From: Paludibaculum sp.
GTDB taxonomy: Bacteria > Acidobacteriota > Terriglobia > Bryobacterales > Bryobacteraceae
Length of the DNA stretch: 64,000 nt
NCBI GenBank assembly: GCA_049841055.1
Contig: JASGIE010000059.1
Span: forward strand, 1,516 to 65,515
Direction of reading: 5' to 3'
Part shown: positions 1-11,300 of the stretch, piece by piece
How the letters are laid out: each line of letters opens with the position of its first letter
Numbering within the stretch: the first letter of the stretch is position 1
Notes under the pieces: generated by a model
Databases searched by the model: none
Told to the model about the DNA's origin: nothing
The model's input: only the letters and a program-made list of their open reading frames with translations
Position numbers and translations under genes: made by a program

Positions 1-303
1 GGCCGATGAGACGGAAACCCACATCTTCCGTATTGCCCAGGAAGCGTTGACCAACGTGGCGCGCCACTCCAAGGCCACCACCGTCATGGTCTCGCTGGGG
101 AATCCGGGCGGACAGATTGAATTGCGGATCGCCGACAACGGCCGAGGTGTGGTTCGGGAAGAGGAGCAACACAGCCGGGGACTCGGGTTGGTGGGTATGC
201 GAGCGCGCGCACGCAGCGCTGGGGAGAATTAAAGGTGGACACCGCGCCCAACCAGGGTGTCGCGATCCTGGCCAGCTTCCCGTTCGCGGAGCGGCTGGAG
301 TAG
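1..303 (+). CDS. Sensor histidine kinase, NarX/UhpB-type HATPase C-terminus (5' truncated by window; apparent frameshift in G-run ~221-225)
   Basis: Frame 2 reads ETHIFRIAQEALTNVARHS...IADNGRG...GLGLVGMRAR (N, G1, G2 boxes); continues in frame 1 as ELKVDTAPNQGVAILASFP to TAG at 301-303; adjacent to a NarL regulator. Confidence 0.9.
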
Positions 304-327
304 CGGCCGGTTCTCCAGCGTGCACCT

Positions 328-969
328 ATGAGTTCGAAGAAGATCACTATTCTGCTGGCCGACGACCATAGCGTCGTGAGGCAGGGCTTTCGCCGTATCC
401 TCGAGTCCCAAATGGACATGGAGATTGTGGGGGAGGCCTCCAATGGCCGTGAGGCCATTGAGCGGGCCAGCACGCTCTCGCCCGACGTGGTCGTCATGGA
501 CGTGGCGATGCCGGAACTGAACGGGATTGAAGCGACCAGGCGCCTGATGGAAAGTTCGCCCAGGACCCGGGTTCTGGCTTTGTCCATGCACAAGGATGCG
601 GTCTATGTGCGGGAAATCCTGCGGGCCGGGGCGCGCGGCTATCTGCTGAAAGACGCGATTGACGCCGATCTGCTGGCCGCCGTCCGCGCCATTGCGCGGG
701 GCGAGGGCTATCTGTCACCGGCCATTGCCGACGCCGTCCTGACCGATTATCGTCAACACGTTACAGACCCAATTGACCTGCTAACCTCGCGCGAACGTGA
801 GGTGCTGCAGCTCATCGCCGAAGGAAAGACGAACAAGGAGATCGCCACAGATCTCAAGTTGAGCGTTTATACCGTCGATGCGCACCGTGGACGCATCATG
901 GAGAAGCTGAATCTTCACTCGACGGGCGAGTTGGTGCGGTTCGCCGTGCGCAAGGGTCTCATCGACTAG
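328..969 (+). CDS. NarL/FixJ-family response regulator (REC + LuxR HTH)
   Basis: ILLADDH, DVVVMDVAMPELNG, GARGYLLK, LTSREREVLQLIAEGKTNKEIA motifs. Confidence 0.96.
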   Translation: MSSKKITILLADDHSVVRQGFRRILESQMDMEIVGEASNGREAIERASTLSPDVVVMDVAMPELNGIEATRRLMESSPRTRVLALSMHKDAVYVREILRAGARGYLLKDAIDADLLAAVRAIARGEGYLSPAIADAVLTDYRQHVTDPIDLLTSREREVLQLIAEGKTNKEIATDLKLSVYTVDAHRGRIMEKLNLHSTGELVRFAVRKGLID

Positions 970-1023
970 ATTGATGCCCGCGGTGGTCCCTTTGGGCCCC
1001 GGCCTGCGCTATGATCTCCACTG

Positions 1024-1903
1024 GTGTCCCAGGAAGTTCCACAACAAGAATCGCCCGTCCGGCCGAGAGTCTCCGTCGTCATTGTCGCGTATGAATGCGA
1101 GGCTGCCCTGCGCCGTTGCCTCACAGCGCTGGAAGCATCGCAAGACCGTGCAAGTATTGAAGTTCTGGTCGTGGATGCCGGCAGCCGGGACGGTTGTCCC
1201 CGGGTGGATGCGGACTTTCCAGGCATCCAGATGCTGCGACTGCCCCGCAACTTCGGGCGGACTCGGGCTCGCAACATCGGCGTCCGGACCGCACAATCAG
1301 ACCTCATTTTCTTTCTTGATCCCCAAGCCGAAGTTCAACCGGGCACGGTGACCACTCTCGCCGCGGTGCTGGAATCCAGTGACGTCGTCACCGCCGTGGC
1401 GCCGCAGATCCATGACGCATCCGGAGCCATTCTCACCAGTTCATTCCGCCTACCCACCCCCGAAGCCCTGACCGAGGCGAGCCTGCGCGGAGTTCCGTTG
1501 CCCCGGGTGGCGCCTCAAAACGGGGTCGCCGAGGCGGTGGACGAAGAGGCGATGATGGTGCGGAAGTCCTTCCTGGGCGGAATGAACTACCTGGACGAGA
1601 AACGGTTCTCCGAGCATTGGAGCCTGTTGGAAGTCTGCTGGCAGATCCGGAACGCCGGCAAGCAGATCCGGGTCTCCGACCAGACGTTTCGTCGTGCTGA
1701 ATCCTGCTACTAAGGTGGCGGTAGACCAGCAGCTTTATACAGCCGACAGTGTCTCCGGGGCCGCCGCGTTCATCGCCAAGCACAACGGCTTTGGTGCGGG
1801 TATCTCGTTCAAATTGAAGTGCTTTTTCTTTGCGTTGGGGTCCATGAAGGTCGGTTTGGCCTTCTCCATCCTGTCAGGCTCAAGGCTCGATCCGACGCAG
1901 TAG
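1024..1903 (+). CDS. Glycosyltransferase family 2 (apparent frameshift ~1690)
   Basis: VSVVIVAY, VLVVDAGSRDG, NFGRTRARNIG GT-A motifs; ORFs 1024-1713 and 1694-1903 join. Confidence 0.8.
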
Positions 1904-1973
1904 GGCAAATAACTTAGATTTGAGCTCTAAAGCCTTGGCGTGGCTCGACCGATACATTGCAAAGAGAGTCACT

Positions 1974-2463
1974 ATGACCGCCATGCTCTGGATCCTACTC
2001 CCGCTCTTCATTGCCGCCGGAAGCGCACTGCTGAGCTTCTACATCATGCAGGCCAAGCTCGAGGTTGCCGTTTCGAAAGAACGGGAAAGCCTCGCCGAGG
2101 CGCGTGCTGTCATCAAGAATCAGGAAATACTCATTGAAGAAAAGGTGAAATCGGCGGAAGAGACCACCATGCGGAAGGCGTTCGACCAGTTTTTGGCCGA
2201 TTTCCGCGTGGAAGAGCGGCACTACATGCGGGAGAACAAATCGATGTTCGTCAACCGCAAGGCGCTGGTGCTGCCAGGACGGTTGTTCTTCCGGAATATC
2301 CCGCTTTCCAACTGGGTGGAGCATGAGATGGTGGTGGAAGAGGGCAGCCGACATGAAGAGTCTGGCGAAGCAGTGTTCCATCTTCAGTACGCGGTCCATT
2401 TCGGGTGACGAACGTTCTCAAAACTCGCGCCTGCTCAAGGCGAAAGAAGCCCGCACAGCCTAG
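1974..2463 (+). CDS. Hypothetical membrane-anchored coiled-coil protein (apparent frameshift ~2345)
   Basis: N-terminal TM (MLWILLPLFIAAGSALLSFYIM) then E/K-rich helix; alternative frame continues DMKSLAKQCSIF...EARTA to TAG 2461-2463. Confidence 0.6.
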
Positions 2464-2465
2464 AA

Positions 2466-2831
2466 CTACTTGTCGGTCAATAACATCTGGGCCGCAACCA
2501 GGTCCAGAAAAATGGCGTAGCCGCGTCGCGCGATGATGGGTGAAAGGCCCAGCGTGATGCGGGCTCCAAAGTAGAAACCGACAAACCAGGCCCAGCGCGA
2601 TCAAGGCCGCGTACTTCATGTTCATGTGGCCAAGCCGGTGATACTCGTACACACCCAGGAATCCGACCGGCGGAATGAGCGCGGCGAGGCAGGTGCCCAG
2701 GGCGTCGAACTGTCCCGTCTTTCAGGCAGAAAGATCAGGCCCGGGATGATCACCAGGCCTCCGCCAATGCCGAACATCCCGCCCAGGACCCCGGCTACCG
2801 GCCCAATGGCCAACAGCAGCAAGTAGTTCAT
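2466..2831 (-). CDS. TauE/SafE (TSUP) family small membrane protein, half-size form (apparent frameshifts)
   Basis: AGVLGGMFGIGGGLVIIPGL signature; C-terminal YAIFLDLVAAQMLLTDK in another frame. Confidence 0.8.
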
Positions 2832-2926
2832 CGTTGAGGAGTCTAGCAAACCGGGGCCTATTCGGACCATGAGGCGCCGGCTCCGTCGCCGGCCGCCCTC
2901 GGAAACTCACGGAATTCGTTGAAGAT

Positions 2927-2955
2927 GTAAACCTTCCCGGAGAAACGCTCGTCTT
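2927..2955 (+). promoter_or_regulatory. Putative ECF-sigma autoregulatory promoter
   Basis: TAAACC (2928-2933)-N16-CGTC (2950-2953), matching the AAC/CGT ECF promoter pattern, just upstream of an ECF sigma gene. Confidence 0.5.
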
Positions 2956-2965
2956 TCGGGTTAGG

Positions 2966-3550
2966 ATGGGCTCGATGGCTGACCAACTCGTCGCCTCCGC
3001 CGGCGCCACGCAGGCAGGCTCCGACTTTGCCGGATGGATGCTGTCCGAGCAGCGCCGGGTGTTCCTGCTGTGCCAGCGCATGCTGGGCGAGGCGGATGAG
3101 GCGGATTCGGCCACCCAGGACATCTTCTTCAAGGCCTACAAAGCCTTGCAGAAACAGGAAGTTCCCATAGACGATTCGGCCAAATGGCTGACCAGGATCG
3201 CGGTGAACACCTGCCTGGACAAACTGAGGTCGAGGCGCTGGCAGTTTTGGCGCAAGAGACCCAATCAGGAAGACGAAGAGCTGATTCTCAACATGGCTGC
3301 GTCGTCGGCGCCCGATGCCGAGGCCCAGCTTTTTGCCGGAGAGATTGGCGTCCGGTTGCAGACGGCGCTGGCCGACCTGTCTGACCGGCAGCGCGCCGTG
3401 TTTACATTGCGGCACTATGAAGACAGAGGTCTCGACGAAATAGCAGAGATCCTGGACCTGGACGTAGGCACCGTGAAGGCCCACATGGCACGGGCCCTGG
3501 CGAAACTCAGGCTGGAACTGCAGGACCTCTATGCGGACCGCAAGAGGTAG
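2966..3550 (+). CDS. ECF RNA polymerase sigma-70 factor
   Basis: ADSATQDIFFKAY, WLTRIAVNTCLDKLR (region 2); LSDRQRAVFTLRHYE...EIAEILDLDVGTVKAHMARA (region 4). Confidence 0.95.
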   Translation: MGSMADQLVASAGATQAGSDFAGWMLSEQRRVFLLCQRMLGEADEADSATQDIFFKAYKALQKQEVPIDDSAKWLTRIAVNTCLDKLRSRRWQFWRKRPNQEDEELILNMAASSAPDAEAQLFAGEIGVRLQTALADLSDRQRAVFTLRHYEDRGLDEIAEILDLDVGTVKAHMARALAKLRLELQDLYADRKR

Positions 3551-3567
3551 GAATGGGAGTGAGGAAT

Positions 3568-4059
3568 ATGAACTCGGATAAACACAACTCGCCCCACTGG
3601 TCGGAAAGCGATCTGATTAGCAGGTTTTATGGACTCGATCCCGCGGAAGGCCGGACTGCCGCCCATCTGACGGAATGCCGCGAGTGTGCTGACCGTTGGC
3701 TGGCCTTGCAGCAGCGCCGCCGCGAGGTGGTCGATTCGGCCTCCTTGTCCGGCGAGGGCTTGGAAGAGCGGCTGCGTGCGCAACGCCAGGCGGTCTGGTC
3801 CAGGATCGAAAACCCGAAACGCGCGTTCCTGTGGCGGATGCTGCCGGCCACGGCGACGGCACTGATGATCTTCGCGGGTGTGGCTCTGCACCAGACGAAA
3901 CCGCCGGCGACCCCGGTCCAGACCGCGACCGTGGTTTCGGATGCCCAGTTTTTCAACGAGATAGCGAGTGTTGTGAATCAGGAGACGCCGCGAGCGGCCG
4001 ATCCTCTGCAGGGTTTGTTTGACAGCACCGCGGCACCGGCCGCGGTCGAGGCGCAATAA
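3568..4059 (+). CDS. Putative zinc-binding transmembrane anti-sigma factor
   Basis: HLTECREC (HxxxCxxC ZAS motif), one TM segment, directly downstream of ECF sigma. Confidence 0.8.
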   Translation: MNSDKHNSPHWSESDLISRFYGLDPAEGRTAAHLTECRECADRWLALQQRRREVVDSASLSGEGLEERLRAQRQAVWSRIENPKRAFLWRMLPATATALMIFAGVALHQTKPPATPVQTATVVSDAQFFNEIASVVNQETPRAADPLQGLFDSTAAPAAVEAQ

Positions 4060-4063
4060 GTCT

Positions 4064-4559
4064 ATGAAGCGGTTGATGTTGCTGATTGTCTGCCTGGGGC
4101 TGCCACTGCTGGCGCAGATGCCCCGCGGTTTCTACCCGTGGTGGGATTCTCCGGTCGCGAAAGACCTCAATCTGACCGAGGACCAGAACCGCCAGATCCG
4201 CGAAATTGTCAAAGAGTACCGGTCGAAGATGATCGATCAGCGAGCCTCCGTGGAGAAGGCCGAAGTCGAACTGCAGGATATCTTCAACGAGGACAACTTT
4301 GACCAGCGGCGCGGGAACGAAGCCATCGAGCGGCTGATTTCGGCGCGTGGTGACATCACCCGCAGCTTTTCGCAGATGAGTCTGCGCCTGCGTGCCATTC
4401 TGACGCCCGATCAATACCATGAGCTGATGCGGAGACGGCCCGAACATGCAGCCCGGTAACCTGATGCGGGAACTGCAGAAGCGGAACCAGAACGGTCCGC
4501 GCCAGAACGGCCAGGGTGGCGGCCGGCAGCCTATGCCCCAGCGTCCTCCGCAGCAATAG
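4064..4559 (+). CDS. Spy/CpxP-like periplasmic protein (apparent frameshift ~4440, Q/P/G-rich tail)
   Basis: Signal peptide; LNLTEDQ and ILTPDQ (LTxxQ) motifs. Confidence 0.8.
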
Positions 4560-5220
4560 CCCGTATCCCGGCGACATCGAGAATTCTAGGCCCGGCTTCC
4601 TGCTGGCCCAGCGGGTGTTCCACTGCCCAGCGCAGTGCGCCTACCATCTGCCGGTGATGCACCAAACCGAGCCGGATGGCGCCCGCACGGGTGGCTTCGA
4701 ACCGCTCCGCCAACCAGTAGAAAGGGACCAGCGCCAAGGGCCAGCGATGTCCCTCGCCCAAAACGTACCACGGGCGCAAGATTGTAGCGGCCAAGCCCGA
4801 CTCACGGATGCGCCGTTCGCACTCGACTCGAATCGCAATGTAGCCGTGCATCGTCGGAGCGGGGTGCGCCACGCTCACGTAGACGAAATGCCGGATACCA
4901 CTTCGCCGGGCCGCCTCGACACTCGCAAAGAGCGATTGGCGATCGATCCGCTCGAACTCCGCCTGTTTCCACGAGGCCGGGTGCGGTGTCCCTACCAGAT
5001 GAACCAGCGTTTCACAGCCCGCGGCAGCGGCGGCGACACTTTCCGCGTCCAATGCGTTACCGCGAACCAGCTCCGCGCCCCTGGGTGCGCGCGATTCCGA
5101 TCCCGTCCGTACCAGCGCCCTGACGGAAGTGCCCCGCGCGATCAGCGATTCGCACAGGGCACGCCCGAGATAGCCGGTACCGCCGGTGACCAGGACTATG
5201 GGTTGGTTCCTTTCAGCCAG
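4531..5220 (-). CDS. NAD(P)-binding atypical SDR/epimerase; start uncertain (possible CTG at 5220)
   Basis: Frame extends upstream of the listed ORF to IVLVTGGTGYLG Rossmann motif; HFVYVS, TILRPWYVLG. Confidence 0.85.
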   Translation of the reverse strand: MAERNQPIVLVTGGTGYLGRALCESLIARGTSVRALVRTGSESRAPRGAELVRGNALDAESVAAAAAGCETLVHLVGTPHPASWKQAEFERIDRQSLFASVEAARRSGIRHFVYVSVAHPAPTMHGYIAIRVECERRIRESGLAATILRPWYVLGEGHRWPLALVPFYWLAERFEATRAGAIRLGLVHHRQMVGALRWAVEHPLGQQEAGPRILDVAGIRAIAAEDAGA

Positions 5221-7326
5221 ACGTTTCTGGCGGCACTGCAGACACCGTCCACATTCTCCGCGACCTGCGCGCAGACCATGGTGTCGGACTGCATGGTGGG
5301 CAGATCCACCGGGATGGTGATCTTCACGAGCTCCACACCCAGTTGCGGGGTGGGTTCGGGGTTCACTGCCATCCAGCGATCGTGAATCCGTACCTGCACT
5401 GGGTGGATAGCGCTGCCCAAACCAGTGATGAACAATTGCAGCGTCTTGCCGGTCTCAGCGGGGCGGTCGACGGTATTGGCTTGATCGTCCGCGTTCCAGA
5501 TGAACAGAAGGTCCGGCGAAATGGCCGCGATATCGATGACATAGGCCGTGCTGGGGCTACCTGAGTTGCTGGCGACCACGGCCGCCTGGCCGGGCGTCAC
5601 ATCCGCGGGGACCTGTACGGTCAATTCCGTAGCCGAGGCGGTAACGACTGAGGCCGGCCGGCCCTGCACGGTCACAGTCGTCTTGTCAGTGAAGTTCGTG
5701 CCGACGAGAACTGTGAGTGCGCCCGGCGCGAAGGGCATGCCCCATCGGGATCCTGGCGTGATGATGTTGGTGATGGTGGGTGCCGGGGGCGGCGGAGGTT
5801 CCTCGGGCAGCGCGGCCGTCACGATCAATTTGACGTGCACGAGCTGTTCGTCCACGCTGCCGTTATACGGATTGACGTTCTGGAAGGCAAGATCCGCCTC
5901 GTAAACGCCCTCCGGAAGAGATTTCGGCAGGACATCAAAACGCACCGTGGCGTTATTGGTGCCGCTGGGGTTGGAGATGCTCAACCACCCCGTGCCGGTG
6001 GCGTAGCGGGCCAATACGCGCCACTGCAGCAGGCCTCCGCCGATGTTGTGGACCAGCACGTAGCCGGACTGGGCAGCGGAACCGGAGGGCGCCGTGAACT
6101 CCTCGGGCGTTCGGGTGGGTGTGACTTCCATCTTGGGGAAGTAGTTGGCATTGCAGTCGCCCAGCAGGTGGCAGTCATTGGTAACGGTGGTGGCTTTGTA
6201 CCGGGGGATGGGCGCGCCGGCAACCGAACCGGTGAGCGTGGAGATGGGCCCCAGGGTGACCGTCTGAGTGACCAGGCCTTCGGTGATGAACTGGTCTGTG
6301 GGCAGGAATAGCCACAGCGGGATCTGTGCCGATTCCAGGGTGGTGGAACTCGCATCCAGAACTTCGTAGACGACGTAGGGCGACGTGCCCTGATAATCAA
6401 TCTCCCCGACTCCGAAGAGGACCTGCGGCCCGGTGCTGGGCGTCCAGACCACGAACCCGCCGCTACCGTCCTGCTGAGCCCCGCGTACTCTGACCAGCAG
6501 CAGTGTATTTCCGGCAAGCGGGTTGTAGAGCCCGCCCGTGGGATTGGTACCGAACTGGCCGCTGGAGGTCGGGATGGCGGCGGAACTGCCGGCAATCGCG
6601 TCCGGAGCGACGATTTTGGCGCCGGCGGGGACACCCGCCAACCGGATCATGACGCGCATGCCATTGGTGGTGTCGGCGGTGACGCGCCGGACAAAGGCGG
6701 CGCCGAAGCCCTCAGTGACTCGTGTGGTCGACATGCCTGCCCCGCTGGCGATCATGTTGTCGAAATCCATGTACTGCGGCAGCGGTGGTCCAGTGCCGTA
6801 CACCGAGGCCGCCAGCGTGGTGGCGAAAAGCGAGGTCTGGGAAGTGCCGACCGTCGTAATGGGCGAAGGGATGGGCAATTGCTCGTTTGTGAGCCACTGC
6901 ACATAAGCCTGCGTGGTGCCGCCGGCCTCGGTGCGGATGCCGCTCACCTTGACCAGGAAGGTACCCTGCGCCGTCATATTGAACTGGAAATTCTCAACGA
7001 GAATCGAAGTGTCGAGCGGCCTCACGGTAATGGGCAGGTTTGTGTACCCGACCGGAGTCTGAAGCGCAAACGTGACTCCCTGTACAAAGCCCGATTCATC
7101 GATGGCATTGGCGATGCGGCGGCTGACCGAAATCTTGGAGGGATCCCTTGATAAGTCCCAGCGGCGCACCACCATAACAACTGAGCAGAATGTCCCCAAT
7201 CGGCTCAGTAAGACCCTCCGACGCCACCAGCAGGGGCGTCGCGGTCAGCGCGCACTGCGTGGCTGCCTGGACCGGGAGAAAAAGTAGACACAAAAAGACC
7301 AGCAGACAAAGAGACCGAGGCCACAT
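5196..7326 (-). CDS. Secreted surface protein with BACON-like and IPT/TIG / TIGR03437-like C-terminal domains (apparent frameshift ~7150)
   Basis: Signal peptide and SEGLTEPIGDILLSC in ORF 7096-7326; NIGGGLLQW...WLSISNPSG (BACON-like); Pro linker; FAPGALTVLVGTNF, LQLFITGLG. Confidence 0.7.
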
Positions 7327-7461
7327 AACAATATCCTCTCGTTCTCTAGACTACAACCATAAGGGATTACGTTTCAGATCTACCGCCCGGATGCATGTGC
7401 CGAATGAAGGATTTGACACATTCCACGGGGAGTGGAAACCGCACGCTACAATAGAAAATTC

Positions 7462-8234
7462 ATGTCTCAGTTGCTCAAAGACAAGACCGCGCTCGTCCTG
7501 GGTCTGGCCAACCGCTGGTCGATTGCCTATGCCATTGCCCGCGCCTACCGCCGGGAAGGCGCTGCGCTGATTCTCACCTACCAGGGGGAACGCCAGAGGG
7601 ATGTCGTGGAAGAGCTGGCTCGCGACCTGGATGTCCAAGAAGCTGGTCTCGCTGCGATGTGACCCGTGAAGATGATATCCAGCACCTGACGGAGATGTTG
7701 AAGTCAGAAGGCGTCAAGTTGGATGCCGTTGTTCACTCCATCGCCTTCGCCAACAAGGAAGATCTGGCCCGGCCGTTTTACGAGACCTCTCGTGACGGTT
7801 TTCTGTTGGCTCAGGAAGTTTCCTGTTACTCGCTGGTCGCCGTCTCCCGGGCTGTCGCGCCCGTGATGACCGAAGGCGGCTCCATCATGACACTGTCTTA
7901 TCTGGGCAGCCAGCGAGTGATGACGAATTACAACGTCATGGGCGTGGCGAAGGCGGCCCTGGAAGCCAGCGTCCGCTATCTGGCGAGCGAACTGGGTCCA
8001 CGCAATATCCGGGTGAATGCCATCTCAGCCGGCCCGATCAAGACAGCGTCGGCGCGCGGCATCAAGGATTTTTCGAAGATCCTGGATCATGTGACGGAGA
8101 ACGCTCCGTTGCGCCGAACCACGGATCCGGCGGAAGTGGCCGATGCGGCTGTCTTCCTGGCTTCCGAGTTGGGCCGTGGCGTGACAGGCAACATCATGTA
8201 TGTGGACTCCGGCTATCAGGTGATGGGCATCTAG
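7462..8234 (+). CDS. fabI: Enoyl-ACP reductase FabI (apparent frameshift ~7645)
   Basis: ALVLGLANRWSIAYAIA, VHSIAFA, YNVMGVAKAALEASVRYLA, RVNAISAGPIKT. Confidence 0.95.
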
Positions 8235-8273
8235 GCAGCGTTTCCTGCGCACCTGGAGCCACGGCATCAGTCA

Positions 8274-8318
8274 GAAAAAGAGAAGGGCGGCCCGCTTTTG
8301 TAGCGAGGCCGCCCTTTT
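8274..8318. terminator. Bidirectional intrinsic terminator between convergent fabI and TonB receptor
   Basis: AAGGGCGGCC-CGCT/AGCG-A-GGCCGCCCTT stem flanked by A-rich and T-rich tracts. Confidence 0.75.
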
Positions 8319-8334
8319 GGGTTGATACCCGGAA

Positions 8335-11300
8335 CTAGAACGTGAAGCGTGCAGTGAGCTGCAGGCGCCGGGCGTAGTTGTCCTGGGTGGAGGCGTTGAT
8401 CTGGCCGAAGCCGGTAGCACCGGCGCTCTGGGCCGTAGTCACCGTCATGTTCGGCGAGGGGAAATAGGGGTGATTGAAGGCGTTGAGGGCTTCCGCACGG
8501 AACTGGAAGTTCATGCCTTCGCGAATACGCGTGTCCTTGATCAGAGCCAGGTCGACGTTGTTCTGGCGCTGGCGGCGGAGTTGCGCGAAGCGCAGCGGCC
8601 AGGTGCGAACCTGGTTGCTGAGCAGTTGCTTCGCGCTGGCGGTTTCAAACCCGGCGATGTTGAACCAGTTTTCGGGCGTCCGCTGATCGGACGGCCGCAG
8701 AATACTAGCCGGATCGCCGTAATAGATGTAGTTGCCCCAGGCAAGCGGGAAGCCGCTCTGCAGCGACCAGATTCCGGAAGCCTGCCAGCCGCCCACCAGC
8801 CGGGAGATGAACCCGTTGGAGTTCGACAGTAAGGGCTTGCCCTTGCCGAAGGGGAGTTCCCAGATACCGCTGAAGTTGATGCGGTGGGGTGCGTCGGCGT
8901 CCGAAATCTCGCGGACTGGCAGGGCATCCGCGGGGTTGAGCAGGTTTGTGGCCTGCATCCACTTGGACAGCGTGTAGCTGCCCATGATCGTATAACCCTT
9001 GGAAAAGCGCTTCTGGGCCGTGAGTTGCAGGCTGTGGTACCAGGAGTAGCCGCCGTTGTCGCTCGTGTAGATCGCATTCGACCCGAAGACCGGATATGGC
9101 GACAACAGGGTCTGCCGGGAGATCTGGGCGCTGGTAAAGGTGCCCTGAGTATTGCCGGGAACCAATCCCTGCAAGGGGTTCGCGATATTGGCGCTCAGGT
9201 AGTTGTTGGTGGTGTCGTCGCGTAGCGGCGACTTGCTCAAGTACTGGTAAGGCAACGTATTGATGTTTCGCCCCAGCGTCGTTGACGAACCACTGGTGAC
9301 CGTCGAGAGTTCAATATGGTTGGTCTTGCTACCGATATAGCTGGCCTCCAGGGAGAATCCCTTCAATTCCCGCTGGAGGCTGAATTCCCAGCGTGAGGTC
9401 ATTGGAAGCTTCGGATTCTGATTGAAATACGAGAAGCCCTGACCAAGGTAAGTGGCGTAGCCGTCGGCGTTGCCCCTGGGTTCACTGATGCCATCCGGGA
9501 ACGGGTTGGCCAGTGTCGTGGCCCAGGTGAGCCCGCTGTCCCTGGTGAGAACCATGTTCGTGTTCTGGCTGAAGCCATTCTGAATCACATCGCCACGACG
9601 TTCGCCAAGGAAACCGGCGAACATGCCGAAGCCCGACCGGATCACGGTCTTGCTGTCAAGTTGATAGGCGAGACCAATGCGAGGTAGGAACACGTTCTTT
9701 GGCGTGTTGTAAAGGCTGCCATCATTGCCATTGACTCCGGCGAAGGTCATACCGCCTTTGAGTGCAAAGGCGCTGGGTGGCAGTTGAGAGAAGCCGCCGG
9801 CGATACTCGGGTAAATCGTGGCATAGTTCGCTTGGGCGGCGGCCGAGATGCTCTGGGTGTAGTTGGGGTCGAAGCCGAGGGCGCTACGGTTATAGCGCTC
9901 CTTCAGGGGCGTCTCAAGCTCATAGCGAAGACCAATATTCAAGGTCAGTTTACGGCTTATCTTGAAGTCGTCCTGAATGAAGAAGCCCCAGCTCTTGGAA
10001 GCCTCGATGTAATCCGCTGAGCGGGCGATGCTGCCCGAGCCGGGCAGGCCGAGCAACAGGGCCGCCACCGACTGACCAATGCTGCCAGGGGAGGTGGCGG
10101 AGTTGTCCAGCGGGCCTTTGGTCCACGTAGCGTCGAATGTGAACTGGCCTGTCTGAGCATTGCTGAAGAACTTGTCCGCTTCCTGATAGACGCGGAACTC
10201 AAAGCCCGTACGGATGTTGTGCTTGCCGGAGGCCTTGGTCAGGGTGGCGGAGGCCGTGTGATTGTTCACCGGGCGAAGTTCGCCAGTGAAGCCGTTGCTG
10301 ATGTAGCCGGTCAGGTTGACGCGCGGGAAGCGCGCGATGTCTTTCGGAACCTGGCTGACGTATTGCGGCGAGAAGCCGAGCTTGGAGATGTCGAAGCCTT
10401 CGCCGGAGGCCGGCCCGTCAGAGCCGCGGATGAACCGGTTGTAGCTGTAGCGGGTGTTCAGCACCATGGTGGGCGACAGCGTGATCACGTGGTCGATCAT
10501 GCCCGCCTTGGAATCGAACAGGAACTGGGTGCCAGTGAAGGCGTTGCCGAAGTAGTCGTTGTACAAGGAATCGCGGCGGTACTGGCTGAGGCGGACGAAC
10601 ATGCGCTGGCGGTCGCCGATGTTCTGGTCGACGCGCACAGTGTTGTTGTAGTAATCAGCGGTCTCCGCCAGGCTGGCATCGCGGAAGTTGCCGATGCCCA
10701 CTGCGTCGCCGGCGGATTTCGGAGTGGTGGGATACCAGTCCAGAATTGCTTTGCCGACTGCGTCGAAACGCGCTTTCGGAATGAGGTTGCCGGCAAACGG
10801 AGTTTGCTGATACCGGCCATTGGCGAGTTTCACGCGGGTAGCCGGATCGTAGATGGTGTAGGTAGACCCGCTAGCCAGCAGCGAGGAGAAGTCGCCATCG
10901 TGCATGGCCGCGGTCGGCACTGTGTTCGTTGTGTCGTCGTGGCGCGGCCGTGAGTCCGTGATGCCTTCATAACCCCACAGGAAGAACGTCTTGTTGTGAC
11001 CGTTGTAGATCTTGGGTAGGACGACCGGGCCGCTGATGGAGCCGCCCCAGCGATTGAACTCGAAGTTCGGAGTGGGCAGGCCCGACTTGTTGTTGAAGAA
11101 GTCGTTGGCCAGCATGTTGGGCCGGTAGAACGAATAGCCGGCGCTGCCGTGGAAGTCGTTCGTGCCGGACTTGATGCTGATGTTGGTGACGCCACCCTGG
11201 GTCTGGCCGAACTGGGCATCGAACGTGGCGGTCTGCACCTTGAACTCCTGCACGATGTCCGTGGGAGGAACGTAGGAGGCCGTGACTTCATTCGCGTTGG

